DNA of 64,000 bases from the NCBI RefSeq assembly GCF_006345805.1, contig NC_043004.1:76074001-76138000 (forward strand), written 5' to 3'. Positions 1 to 13,623 of the stretch are shown piece by piece (within the stretch, counting starts at the first letter, position 1; every line of letters starts with the position of its first letter). The notes under the pieces were generated by a model. The model had not been told where the DNA came from. It made no database searches and worked only from the letters and a program-made list of their open reading frames with translations. Source of the DNA: Octopus sinensis (lineage: Eukaryota). The position numbers were made by a program, and so were the translations under genes.

Positions 1-220
1 GCGGCAGATAAAATACCTATTTCTATTTCTTTACTACCCACAAGGGGCTAAACATAGAGAGGACAAACAAATGGATTAAGTCAATTATATCAACCCCAGT
101 GTGTAACTGGTACTTAATTTATCGACCCCGTAAGGATGAAAGGCAAAGTCGACCTTGGCAGAATTTGAACTCAGAACGCAATGGCAGACGAAATACGGCT
201 ATGCATTTCGCCCGGCATAA
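1..220 (-). mobile_element. SINE 'family B' (head ggcgagctggcagaa...gttctgagttcaaattccgcc), representative copy
   Basis: Near-identical copies at about 10470-10700, 11063-11300, 24935-25150, 27024-27254, 33858-34112, 51565-51777, 57430-57635 and 59935-60140 (minus) and 40996-41210 and 42780-42995 (plus). Confidence 0.85.
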
Positions 221-276
221 CCACTGTGCAACATGCCCTACCTAAATTATCATGGTAATCTTTCTCTAAAACCCAT

Positions 277-505
277 TTAACCCTTTAGCATTCAGGTTCT
301 TCTCTCAAATGTGATGTTTATTCATTCACATTGTTTTAAATGAATCCTGGCATTATTTTGTAGTTCTGAGATTTCAGTGATGTGGTTGTATATCTTTGGA
401 ATAACACTGCATGATAGGTGTGAGAGGCCAGTTCTAACTAGTTTGAACATAAAACAGGTCAGATAATATTTTGGCCAGATTTGGCTGGATTAAATGCTAA
501 ATGTG
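277..505. mobile_element. TTAA-CCCTTT-terminated (piggyBac-like) MITE
   Basis: Starts ttaaccctttagcatt and ends taaatgctaaatg (a degraded inverse). Other TTAACCCTTT/TTAACCTCTT-type starts occur at about 1440 and 45538. Confidence 0.5.
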
Positions 506-1534
506 AAATCCTTTTTAATGACCATCTTATGATCCAACAGTAAGCTAATGAAAAAATACCATAATGGTTTCCAATTTTGGCACAAGGCCAGCAATTTAGT
601 TTGGTGGAGAGGGTTAGTTGATTACCTCAATCTCAGCTCAACTACTAACTTATTTTATCAGTTCTGAAAGCATGAAAGGTGAAGCTGACCCCAGTGGAAT
701 TTGAACTCAGAATGTAAAGAGCTACCACTAAGCATTTTATCCAGCATGCTAATGATTCAGACAATACAATAAATAATAATGTTTTACTTCAAATCTTATC
801 TGATTGATTATTGGGAGGAGAAAATGTATCAATTAATTGTTCTTCCACACTGAAGTGTCTTATGTGGTACTTCCACAGTGTATTATGTTGTATGGTACTT
901 CCACAACATCCTACAGTATTGTCATACTAAATCCTGATTTGCTGTCATACTTCATAATAAACAGTAATACTATCCCACTGGTGCAGTGTTTCTCACACAG
1001 GGACCAAGCATCTCAGAGGATGGTGTAAGGTCTGTGAAGATTGAAAAGAGAGACAGGCAAATTGCTGTGTTTAATGGAATTCACATGGTTTTTAAACTTA
1101 ACACCATGACGGAGAAAGAAGAATTTCATCGATCCAAACTCTGTTCTGTGTCCTCATTATTAATTTACAGTTTAAGAACCATTAACCAGGAGTGAAATGT
1201 GGTCCTGACAGATTTTAGAGGGAACTAAGTCTACCTGCACCTGAAAGTGTTCACAGATGCTGCTTACGTAATGTCAGTCGTACTATTAATATACAACAAA
1301 CTGTAAGCAAACTTTTCTTCACTTATTTATTCTTTTAGTTCCTGCATTGCCATGTTTCACAAACCATACTTATATAATCGTAAAACACTGCCCAGAAGCT
1401 CTGATGAAGCACTGTTGCAATACTTTATAACATAGACATTAACCTCTTTGATACCAACTTGTCTAAGACCACTCCTGGTTCCATGAAACAAACTTCCTCT
1501 TTTAAAGTGCTTTAAATTAAAAGCTCTAATCTAG

Positions 1535-1655
1535 GTCATCTCATAGGACTCCCCCAAACCGTTTCCACACGTTTCCCCCACTCATCTAGATCTTCCGTGA
1601 TGGTCCTCAGCTCCTCTACCTCTTCCATACCAGTATCCTCCAGCAAGTTATTCAA
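1535..1655 (-). mobile_element. 3' end of an RTE/RTE-X-like LINE ORF
   Basis: Manual translation NLLEDTGMEEVEELRTITEDLDEWGKRVETVWGSPMR* resembles the 'DTG..EL...M.DR..WR.RV' C-terminus of RTE-class ORFs. Confidence 0.5.
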
Positions 1656-2015
1656 CAATAATTTCTACAAACACACACACATACATATATAGCACATAAC
1701 TATATAGAGACACATACAAGATACATGCATGCACACGCACACACACGGATGTGCGCTAATATGAAACAATAAGAATAAGTGTTCAACACAGTATTGGTAT
1801 ATAAATATTCTTCATTTGCTGGTTAACAAGGCAACCAGTGGTTTTTGGTAAAACGTTTCTTTACAATTGTTCAAGTGTACCACATGGGAATGTTGCTACT
1901 CATCTCCATTTTGGATGAGAATGCATGTGTATATACATGTGCATGTGTGTGTGTATGTGCATACACACACACAACTTTCCATCGCCAAGAGGTGAAGAGT
2001 TAAATTTGTTTTTGT

Positions 2016-2081
2016 ATAGAGACTGATGAGTTGTCCACAAAGCTGTGGCCTTTGTGGATGTGAAACTATTGGTTACTCTAT
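2016..2081 (+). ncRNA. Degenerate type I hammerhead ribozyme motif (a different family)
   Basis: Stem I ATAGAG/CTCTAT; CTGATGA 2023-2029; 10-bp stem II GTCCACAAAG/CTTTGTGGAT; GAAAC-tattg-GTT. A-A mismatch at the 1.1/2.1 position. Confidence 0.65.
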
Positions 2082-2331
2082 GACCAGACTTTAACTTTAC
2101 TGCTTTAATGCTTTATACTTTAAAGCGTGCTTCTTATTCAGATATATGATAGATTGACAATACATATATATGTAAACAGAGTTAGCAGTTATAGTAACCA
2201 ACTAAGGGATAAAATATCCGTATATACTATTGGTATCCGTTACCCGTATTATCCCCGGGTTTTGGTGTGCAGGCACACCATACACTTAGACTGCAGATAA
2301 CAACAGGATAAACAAGAGTTTATCAGGAACC

Positions 2332-2508
2332 AATGCAAATAATTATAAAATGGAGAAAACCACAGATTAATCAACACATCGACTGGACCACATTTATAGC
2401 TTATTTTTTAATACAAAGCATCACATAACAAAATAGGCGATGTGACATATCTTATGGCTGTTGTGTTGGTTAATCTGTGGTTTTCTCCATTTTCTAATTA
2501 TTTGCATT
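2332..2508. repeat. Inverted repeat: 47-bp arms, 83-nt spacer
   Basis: 2332-2378 versus the reverse complement of 2462-2508: 2 mismatches seen. Confidence 0.9.
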
Positions 2509-4355
2509 TGTTATATATATATATATATATAAAAGTTTTTTTACTTATTATATATTGATCATTTATTTTTATACTTTTTGAGATCTAGTTATAAGTTATG
2601 TTTTATAAAAATATATATTATTTGTTATTTATGTATTGGTTTATGTCTATCACTGTTTGAGTTGCATAATAGTGGTTTTATCTCTAATTTATATTTTATA
2701 CATTTATATATATATACACACACATATATACACATACAGATAAAACATTTAACTGTACAGAGACACACACGACATGCATATACACAGATTTATACTGATA
2801 CACATATATGTATATATATGTATGTATATACATATATTAAACATAAAGAAACATGAATAAACAATATATATTAGTAAAAGTACAATAAATAAAACATACA
2901 TGCATAAAATAATAAAAATGCATAAATTCTATGCCAAGGTTTTCATCCCCTTCTTCACGAAGGCCCCTTCGGTGACTTTAGTACTGAACAGTTTTGTTAT
3001 TACATACACAAACACATACATACACAAACATGCATGCACTCTGAGAAACTTGAAAGAATCTCGACTGAAAACAATACTTGCTTCATGCCAAAATGCACAC
3101 ATGCATCCTATCAGTCACTCGGTGCAACATGCACAGACAGATGCACCAAATCCTTTTGAAGTTGAACTGTTTTTTTTTTGTTTTTTTGCTTTGTTTTTTT
3201 TTTTTTCAAAACACTTTTGTTTTGTAATGAGAATCTTATTTCGGAAGCTAGTACTACTGATACTAACAACAACTACTAATGCTATTTAGTAGAAATAACT
3301 TGGTGAATTTTTAGAGACATGCAGAAAACAAGAGAAATTAACTACAGCAACAACAACATCAGCAACGATGCACAAGTAACATTATTATTATTATTATGAT
3401 TGTCAGGAAGAAATTAAAACTGTAAAGTTTAATGTAGATAAAATTCCTTAATTTTGAATTTTTTTTGTCAGAAAATAAACTATAATTATTATTATTATAT
3501 ATTTTTATTTATCTATTTTTTTTTCATTTTTGTTCAGGCTAGGAAGAATGAAAAAAATAAATGAAAATAAATAAAAATATTTAATCAAAAGAATTTTGGC
3601 TCAGAAAATTTTAATTTTTAAAGTTTTCTGTTTTCTTTTTTTTGTTTCTTTTGACTAATTAATAATAAAGAAGGTAATTCTTTTTATATTTTTTTCAATT
3701 GTTTCTTTTTTTTTCTGTTAAGGTAATAACGTGCATTCAGGAATGTTTATGAGGCAAAAAAAAAGAAGCTAACTATAAGAAGAAACAATAACAAAAAATG
3801 TATAAAAAAACCCCAAAAAATCCCAAAATAACTGGATCAAAATTAAAGCAAACAATAGGGGTATGGTGGGGTGGCAAACTAAAGTAGAACAAAACAGCAA
3901 ACTACAGGAGGAAGGAAGGCGAAAATAAAGGCAAATAATTAAAACAAAAGAGAAAAATGAATCATAAGTAACATAGCAAAATATGGAATGGAGGAGAAAA
4001 ACTACTGAAAAAGCAGATTGCAAAGAAACATATTAAAAAAAGGGGGCTGTTGGAAAAGTGAATGTGTTCACACCAAAAGAACTCACAGCAGGGTGTGTTA
4101 CTACGCATACAGCAACTATTATAATTGCAGATTGAGAGGAAATTAAGGCAAACGATGTTGACTAACTAAAGAAAAACTGGTGAGACACACACACATGGCT
4201 AGCAGAATGACTTGGCTCAGATGAAGGACAGTATGTCGAGACTTTCTCCAAATAATTAATACAATATGGTAATGAATAATAATGAATTAATTTTACAAAT
4301 CAAAAAGAACAATGTAGCCTCCTAGAGAAATTTGTTTATGCGTCTATGTGTATGT

Positions 4356-4391
<36 letters not shown>

Positions 4392-4813
4392 TCATCATCG
4401 CTTAACATATGCTTTCCATGCTAGCATGGGTTGGACGATATGACTGAGGACTAGTGAACCAGATGGCTGCACCAGGCTCCAATCTGATCTGGCAGAGTTT
4501 CTACAGCTGGATGCCCTTCTTAAAACCAACCACTCCGAGAGTGTAGTGGGTGCTTTTACATGCCACTGGCACAAGAGCCAGTAAGGCGGTACTGGCAATA
4601 TTGCCAAATTAGACTGGAGCCTGGTGCAGCCTTCTGGCTTCCCAGAACCCCGGTCGAACCGTCCAACCCATGCTAGCATGGAGAACGGACGTTAAACGAC
4701 GATGATGATGATGATGATATATATATAAATATTTTCTTTTTGTAACATATTTCTATTATATATAAATATATACGTGCATATGTTTACACAGACACACATA
4801 CTCATATATGTAT

Positions 4814-4879
<66 letters not shown>

Positions 4880-6266
4880 ATGCATACATACATACACATA
4901 TATAATTGCATACATGCTGATGAGGTCTAACAGATTGAAACATATTCAGAGTTATCTACTGCCTGCAGACAAAAATCTGATTTTCCTCTAAGCATGTAAA
5001 TTAAGTTTGAGAGATTTCAGTTCTGGAAGTTATCTCCTTGTTGGTTTTCAGTGTTGGTTTTCTTTTGTGCAGGGAAATTTCTAATAATTGCTTTTTTTTT
5101 TCTTCTGGAGTGGGTGGCAGCAACCCATACATCAGCTGTTAGCTTATTTATCCAAATTCATGTCATTGGCTCATTGGAGTAACCATATTTGATGGCATAA
5201 AAGATGCATGGGTATATTGGACGTAACCCAATTTCAGTAACACGTATTCAGGAAGGAAGTTCGCAGTGCCTTAAAGCTCACGGGAGATCCAGATTTGCAT
5301 ACACAGGACCTGGAGTAATTTTTATCGAGACATTTTTTGAAAAAAACAGTGCACCTTATATCAGAGTATGAACCAGACTATCAGATGTTGTTATACATCG
5401 CTGGTCACAATGTGCTTTGCATTGATTTAGCTTTTAAATGACCACCACCCTGCTGGATTTATGAGCAGGCTAATATTCCCTCCAACTGGAAAGTTATTCC
5501 GTCAAAGGGTGACCTATTTGCAGCTGAGCAGACTGGAGAAATATGAAATGAAATGTTTTGCTCAAGAACACAACACTCCACCCGACCAGGTGGTGCAATG
5601 TGTTCTTGAAAACTCTTGGGAATTGAACCCATGATGGTCTGGTAACCATGAGTGCAATAACCTAACCATTTTATACACATATACACATCAACACATAGAT
5701 CAAAATGCTAAAATATACCAGGCTACATTGTTAGAAAAATAGAAAAAAATAAAACTACAATGTAAATATTAATAAAAATGGAAATATTTCAATTGTGTTG
5801 TAAAGTAATTAAACAACAAGAGCAAAGAAAATTTTAAAAAACCCCTCTCAATTATCCAGGTAGGAACAAGAATTCAAGAAGTTCGTTAAGGTTTTTCGAT
5901 AACAACAAAATTTATGTTGTGACTGAACTAATAAATTTTCTACCAATTTTATAATAGAAGTAATACTAGAGCTAACTATTATTGTTATTTTTAGGAACAC
6001 TACAAATAATAAAAATAATAATAATTAGAACATTATTTGACTGTCACAAGAATACTAATAATATTAAGACTATACAACAATATCAACAATATAACAAAAA
6101 AACCCATAAAAGCAACAAGAAAAAACTAACAATAATTATCACAATATATCAAAAAATAATAGAATTATAATCACAGTAATTAAACCCTGATTATTAGGTT
6201 TTTATCCTTCTGGGGTTTGATAAAATCAAGTACCAGTCATGTAATGAGATATATTTGATTGACTAA

Positions 6267-6650
6267 TGTGGAGGCGCAATAGCCCAGTGGTTAGGGCAGT
6301 GGACTTGCAGTCGTGGGATCATGGTTTCGATTCCCATACTGGGCGCTGTGAGTGTTTATTGAGTGAAAATACCTAAAGCTCCATAAGGCTCCAGCGGGGG
6401 ATGGTGGCGAACCCTGCTGTAGTCTTTTGCCACAAATTTCTCTCACTCTTTCTTCCTGTTTTTGTTGCTACCTGTATTTCAAAGGGCCTGCCTTGTCACA
6501 CTCTGTGTCACACTGAATCTCCCCGAGAACTATGTTAAGGGTACACGTGTCTGTGGAGTGCTCAGCCACTTGCATGGTAATTTCACTAGCTGTTCTGTTG
6601 ATCGTATCAGCTGGGACCCTTGTTGTCATAACCAATGGAATGCCATGAAT
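6267..6650 (+). mobile_element. tRNA-derived SINE with the same head as 42046-42363
   Basis: gtggaggcgcaatagcccagtggttagggcagtggac...ggtttcgattccc head followed by a conserved central domain. Confidence 0.8.
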
Positions 6651-7200
6651 TGACTAATCCTTCTTCCCCACCAAAATTTGTGGCCTTTTGCCTATTTTTG
6701 AAATAATCATAATTCGTATAATTATTATTTTAATCTACATGTTTGATGTAATTATTTGTCAAGACACACCCAGTGCCATAGGGTAAATTAAGGTTAAGAG
6801 ATGTTTAAATACAATTAAAAACTTATCATTATTATTAAAAATGAAAATGGTGATTTTTCTACACCAAGCAGAAGACCACAAAATATTTATTGTGGGTGGA
6901 AGGAAGAGTTGAATAATTTAGTCATTAGGTACTTGATTGGTACTTTATTTTATCAGTTCAAGAAACTTGCATACCAAACCTCAGCAGGATTTGAACACAG
7001 AATCTAGAGAGCCATAGCTAAATACAGCAATATCTTTTGTCTGATGCTGCAACGGCTTTACCAATCTAATTGCTCTGATGATAAAAGACAAAGTTGAACT
7101 TGGCGGGATTTGAACCCAGACTATAAAGCATCAGAACAAATACCACAAGGTATTTCATCTGATGTTCTCTGTCTATATATACATGCACACACACACACAC

Positions 7201-7410
7201 ACATATGTATACAATTACCTACGCATATACAAACACACACACACACACACAAATACATGTATACAATCACCTACGCATATACAAACACACATACATGTAT
7301 ACAATCACCTACCTATACACAAGCACCCACATACATGTATACAATCACCTTTGCATACACAAGCACACACATTTAGAATCACCTATGGATATACAAACAC
7401 ACACACACAT
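7201..7410 (+). repeat. ~40-bp minisatellite (about 5 copies) with variable (CA)n spacers
   Basis: acatgtatacaatcaccta.gcatatacaaacac recurs. Confidence 0.8.
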
Positions 7411-7659
7411 GCACACACACACACACACATGTCCATGCAAAAACTCAGCAAGAAAGAATGAGTTGCTTTTTCTCAGAAAGCAGCCATGTTTGTTTTGAAC
7501 CTGAACAATTGCAAAATAGTATGTAGCATGCTATACAAGCCTGTCCAACTACTATCCTCACTGAACATGAAACTTACAGTAGCTCATGTTTCAATCCTGT
7601 GCTTTTCTAAATGATATTTATCTCTCTCTACTTGTTTTGTTGATCCTCCCAGTAATGGA

Positions 7660-7902
7660 ACAGGACACTATATATGGTGGTTGTCTACTTATGCAGTGTT
7701 CGACCCCCTCCTGTACCTATACCTTAGAACCATCATGCCGTCTGATGTAGCTTTTTAAACCAGACAATGTTTTGAAAAGACACCCACATAGATTGCATAT
7801 CCGATTTGAACCACCAAAAGCTGCAGTTAAGTTCTGATCTTTGTGGATCTTAAAATGTCTTTTGAGGCCTCTGCTAGATTTGCAGACCTACTGGCATACA
7901 TT
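7660..7902 (-). mobile_element. 3' end of an RTE-type LINE with C-terminal C2H2 zinc fingers (degenerate)
   Basis: Manual translation 7902-7707: NVCQ*VCKSSRGLKRHFKIH...ICNLCGCLFKTLSGLKSYIRRHDGSKV*. Two C2H2-like units, one internal stop, truncated at a (TA)n tract. Confidence 0.65.
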
Positions 7903-9186
7903 TTATATATATATATATATATATAAACACACACACACACATCAGGCTTATTTCAGTTTCCATCTACCAATTCCACTTATGAGGCTTCAGTTGGTTTGAG
8001 GCCATAATGGAAAACACTTGCTGAAGGTGCCACACAGTAGAACTGAATCCAGGACCATGTGGATGGGAAGCAAACTTCTTATCACGCAGCCACATCTTCA
8101 CCAATATATATATATATATATATATATACATATGCATGAGTGTGTAATATATCATCATCATAATTATCATTTAATGTCTGTTCTCCATGCTGACATGGGT
8201 TGGACAGTTTGACTGAGGCTGGTAAGTTGGAAGGCTGCACCAGACTCCAGTCTGATTTGGCATGGTTTTCAATGGCTGGATGCCCTTCCTAACACCAACA
8301 ACTCCGAGGGTGTAATGGGTGGTTTTATGTCCCACTAGCATGGGTGCCATTTTTACATGATACCGGTATCTGCCATGACTGTGATTTTGTTCAGCTAGAT
8401 GGGTCTTCTTCTCAGGCACAACATAATGCCAAAGGTCTTGGTCACATACACGTCATGTGATCAACCAGACTAACGGATGTTGTTATATGTCGCTGGTCAC
8501 AATGCGCTTTGCATTATTTTAGTTTTTGACTGATGCTACCCCACTGGCTAGGCAAACAGACCAACATAGCCCCTGATCGGAAAGCCAGCCCGTCTCATAG
8601 GGGGACCCATTTACAGCTGAGTGGACTAGAACAATGTGAAATGAAGTGTCTTGCTCAAGAACACAATGCCCTGCCCGGTCCTAGAATAGAACCCATGATC
8701 CAGTGATCACGAGAGCAACACCCTAGCCACATGGCCCATACACCTTCACGCCCACACCTGATTGCATACACACACACACACACACACACAAATACATATT
8801 ATATATTTGCTGCTTTATATTCACTTATCAATGCAGGTCTAGGTGGGATGGTTTATTTATTCAGTTAATTATTTACACCTGGTTACCCATCTTATCACTA
8901 ATCACTCAACCATGACACAGGAGTGGAGTTTGTTTCTTTTCTATTCAGTCAGGCAAACTGGAGGAAACAGAGTTAGAGGCCTTGCCCAAGGACAATGACA
9001 ATAGCTAGATATCATCTCATTTCCTCCCATAAACTTTAAGAAGCTTGGTTCCTAACAACATGGTTCCAAGTGCAGGCCCATTCTGTAGCGCCTTCAACAA
9101 TGTCCACTACTATAGCTTTGAGCTGACCAAAAGCCTTGTGAATGGATTTACTAGACAGAACTGAAAGAAGCTCATTGTACTTATAT

Positions 9187-9251
<65 letters not shown>

Positions 9252-9345
9252 AAAATATATATATACATATATATATATACATGTATATATATGATAGATC
9301 ATTAGCTACTACACACATTTTTTTTCTCGCCTTGTTTTTTTCTGT

Positions 9346-9387
9346 GTCCCTTTCTGTAGAAGTGCGTAGGCTTGAAATGTAAAAGAC
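9346..9387 (+). ncRNA. Decayed minimal hammerhead motif in a Penelope-LTR-like solo repeat (about 9300-9476)
   Basis: CTTT-CTGTAGA-A-GTGC-gtag-GCTT-GAAA-T-GTA-AAAG. The core is mutated (CTGTAGA, GAAAT). (TA)n tracts lie on both sides. Confidence 0.4.
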
Positions 9388-9496
9388 TTTTTCTGTTCCT
9401 GAGCGTTATATTAATACAACTGTTTGTCTTGTACAGCACCTGTCTTCGTCTTTTGTTTTTTTCGTAAACTCTCCCTATATATATATATATATATAT

Positions 9497-9955
9497 ATTT
9501 AAATGGGGGAGGTCAGTTTATGGGACTACTCTGGGTTTCTTGTCCATAAGGGGCTTAGCCTTATGGGGTATTGTCAAACCCCAAAAAACCTGTTGGCCTA
9601 AGATCTCTTCAAAAGAAGTGGAGGTGGGAATGAGCTTCTTTACGAATGTGAACAATAGGGAGTTACCTCCCTTTACCATTGACTAATGGCTTCTGAGTGT
9701 GCCACCATTTTGTAGATTCTAAAACACTAACAGGAACCTTCTAAAATGTAAACATGGCCCCAAAATCTCCATTCTGGAGTTAAGAATGTTCCCTGGGTTA
9801 AGTGTGTCTTTTAGGATTCTTGCGCATTCAGCTATGCATAACTTGCAATACTTCATCCTGTTGATGTAGGGGCCTGGATTTGTGAGTTTTTCCTTGAGAT
9901 TGAGTGTGTGACCCCCATCATCTCTTAGCTGCCAGACATGGCTGGCCAGCGATGT
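9497..9955 (-). mobile_element. Penelope-like element fragment: GIY-YIG endonuclease C-terminus plus 3' UTR
   Basis: Manual translation 9955-9719: TSLASHVWQLRD...PYINRMKYCKLCIAEC...ILNSRMEILGPCLHFRRFLL. This fits the PLE motif T.L..H.W.L...Y...C.LC..E...LN.R.E...C.H...LL. Confidence 0.85.
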
Positions 9956-9965
9956 TACATGTCTC

Positions 9966-9996
<31 letters not shown>

Positions 9997-12564
9997 AGTA
10001 GTGTGTGTTGCCACTTAAACACAGCTGTTCCATATGAACTGATATTACTACCATTCTTTCAACCCCAAGAGGATGTCTCCTCCAGTTGGTTTTCAAAGCA
10101 ACTTGCATTTGGTAAATATTGCAAGCAGGGTGCAGATTGCATTGATAACCAGCTAGAAGAGACATTCTCTTGGGGTTTAAAAAATGGTAGTTTGTGCAGA
10201 ACAGCTATGTTGAAGTAGTGACAAACCAGCACTGGTTATCAAGCAGCGGGTTGTAGACTAACACAGGTACAAAACCACACACATACAAAGTCAGTTTCCA
10301 TCTGCCAAATCCACTCACATGGCTTGGCTGGCCTGAGGCTATGGTAGGAAACACTTGACAAAGATGCCATGCAGTGGGATTGAACCCAGAACCATGTGGT
10401 TGGGAAGCAAGCTTCTTACCACACACTCATGCCAGCACAGAAGTTTTGGGATATAACAAGAATCATGTGAAAAGGCTTAGGTATATTCTTTTCTACTCTA
10501 GACACAAGGCCCGAAATTTTTGGGGAGGGGACCAGTCGATTAGATAGACCCCAGTATGCAACTGGTACTTAATTTATTGACCCTGAAAGGATGAAAGGCA
10601 AAGTCGATCTTGGCGGAATTTGAACTCAGAATGTAAAGACAGACGAATACTGCTAAGCATTTCATCCAGCGTGCTAATGTTTCTGCCAGCTTGCCACCTT
10701 AAGGCTTAGATATATTGAAAATATTATTAAGGCCAACATAGGTCAGCCTGACATTTTTTATATGCATGACTACACACTTATACGCTAACAAGCTTTAGGA
10801 TATTACCTATGGCAGTTAATTAACTCCTTTGATGCCAACACAGCTGACATCACACTGGGTTCTATAATATAAACTGCATGTCGTAAAGTGACCTAAATTA
10901 AAATTTTTCGTTAAAATTTCATGCTAATTTAAGTCCCAAACACCAGCTGATTTAGTTTACTTAATTGTCTTTTTTAAACCATCGATTGGATGCTTGTTTG
11001 TAATTATTGAATGAAACCCAAAGAGACTCAAGTACTTTCACATGCACACACACAGAGATTAATTTCTTATTTCTTTATTGCCCACAAGGGGCTAAACATA
11101 GAGGGGACAAACAAGGACAGACAAAGGGATTAAGTCAATTACATCAACCCCAGTGCGTAACTGGTGCTTATTTAATTGACCCCGAAAGGATGAAAGGCAA
11201 AGTTGACCTCGGCGGAATTTGAACTCAGAACGTAACGGCAGACGACATACCGCTAAGCATTTCGCCCAGCTTGCTGATGATTCTGCCAGCTCTCCGCCTC
11301 CACACAGAGATTAATTTCTGCCTACTCATAATGCTTTGGCTGTCCTGAGGCTGTTACATTTATTTTGAATCCATTATAAAAATGAAAAATGTATTTTCTT
11401 TTTTGTAGCACATGAGTAGTGGTAAGAGGTGTTGTGGTAAAGTGTGTGTGTGTGTATGTGAGGAGAGGGGTAAGCAGAATAAGAAGGAGAGGAGATAGTT
11501 GTGAGGCAGAAACCTGCCTCCGTTTATGATGGCATCACAAATACCTGAATACAGGATTGTGCAAAATAGATGATGACGATGATGATGATAATGAGGCCTC
11601 CATCATCATCAATGATGATGATATGAATAGATGCAGACATGGCTGTTGTTAAGAAACTTGCTTTGTAACCAATTGGGTCCAGGTTCAGTCCCACTGTACT
11701 GCACACTGGGCAACATTCTTTTACTATAGCCCTGGGCTAAACAAAGCCTTATGAGTAAATTTTGTAGATGGAAACTATGTAGAAGCCCAATATATATATA
11801 TGTGTGTGTGTGTGTATGTGAAACAGTTGATACATGTTCTCTTCTTTCCTTTCATCCTATGATGTTCCTTGCAAGACAAACAATGACAGTGGAAAAACCC
11901 CAGAAAACAAAAACTCTGATCGTGTATGTGTTTTTTGGTTAAAACCAAACAGTAATGAAACATGATGTTATGTGGAATGGCCATTGACAGAAACTGTGCC
12001 AAGGAATGCAGGCTGATTATCCATAAATTTCAAATCCAGTTGACATTTGAATTTAGTAATCTTCATGTTTGACAATATAAACTGACAACTATGAAGAAAT
12101 TACACACGTGTGTATATATGTATGTATATGTATGTGTGTGTATATGTGTGTATGTGTGTGTGTGTATGTGTGTGCACGTGTGTATTAACATCATCAGTTA
12201 ACATATGCCTTCCATGTTGGCATTGGCTGGACAGTTTGACCAGAGCTAGAAAGGTCAGGCTCTGCACCAGGCTCCAGTTGTCAGTTTTGGCATGGTTTCT
12301 ATGGCTGGATGCTCTTCCAGATGCCAACTACTTTACAGAGTGTACTCTGTGCTTTTTACATGCAGGAGAACCAGTATTCTTAAGTGGCACTGGCTCCAGC
12401 TCCAACTCCAGTGCTTTTAACATACATTACAGTAATTCCTTGCCATATCGTGGTTCCCCTATCGTGGTTCATGATACATTCCATAAATAAAATTTCCAAA
12501 AAAAAAAAAACATTTTTGAAAATACTGGACACTGTGTATACATGGGTGTGTGAGAGAGATAGAG

Positions 12565-12713
12565 AGCAAAGATAGATAGATAGATAGATAGGACAAATAG
12601 ATAGACAGAGAGCAAAGATAGATAGATAGAGATAGATAGATAGATAGATAGATAGATATATAGATAGATAGATAGACAGATAGATAGATAAATAGACAGA
12701 CAGACAGACAGAC

Positions 12714-12776
<63 letters not shown>

Positions 12777-12855
12777 GATAGATAGATAGAGAGCGAAAAC
12801 AGATAGATGGAGAGTGAAGATAGATAGATAGATAGAGAGATAGATTGATAGAGTG
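12565..12855 (+). repeat. (GATA)n/(GACA)n microsatellite
   Basis: Direct reading. A reverse-orientation (CTAT)n/(CTGT)n/(CCAT)n block lies at 28058-28375. Confidence 0.95.
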
Positions 12856-13025
12856 AAAGGGAGAGAGAAAGAGTATGTGTGTGTGCGTGTGTGTATGAAT
12901 GTGTGTGTAATGGAGAGAAAGAAAGTGCTAGAAAGAAGCAAGCCAGTAATATTTCTAAATATATTACAAAGAAAGTAGAGAGGTGTTGTGACAACAAAGA
13001 AAAACAGAAGCATATTGATAATAAG

Positions 13026-13068
<43 letters not shown>

Positions 13069-13533
13069 GATGGGGAAAGGGATAAGTGGTTGTTACAAAA
13101 GGGGGGGGGGAAGTGGTTGATAGTTTCTTCACAAGAAGCTGTGTAAACTACCTAACTCCACCCACAGCTGTTGTGTTGAGTGAAGCTTTACACTTGACTC
13201 TTCTCATCACCACCACCACCACCACCACCACCACCACCAGCACCAGCACCACCACCACCACCATCATCATAGCTCTCTCACTCTCTCTCTTTCTCTCTCT
13301 CTCTCTCTCCCAGATTGTGGCTGAATATGGTAAGGACTGAGGAGGATGTCTGAGAAACTCTAAGAGAAAATCCTGGATTCCAGAGAGGAAGGAATGGTGG
13401 CGGGGGGGGGGGAAGTTAAACGGTGTGTGAGTATATGCATGTGGGTGTATACGTATATACATGTATACAAACATACATATATATGTACACACCATATATA
13501 TGTTTATATATATATAATATATATATATATTTT

Positions 13534-13564
<31 letters not shown>

Positions 13565-13574
13565 TTGTTATATA

Positions 13575-13623
<49 letters not shown>

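Noticed and set aside
986-1195. 69-aa plus-strand ORF (KIEKRDRQIAVFNG...)
   Set aside because: No recognisable motif and no convincing splice pair in a supported gene.
6267-6345. tRNA-like sequence with A/B boxes
   Set aside because: It is a SINE head. It continues into SINE body, has no proper acceptor stem or cloverleaf, and is multicopy.
13314-13329. 16-nt plus-strand micro-exon-like block after (CT)n
   Set aside because: The polypyrimidine tract is a microsatellite and no plus-strand gene is supported.
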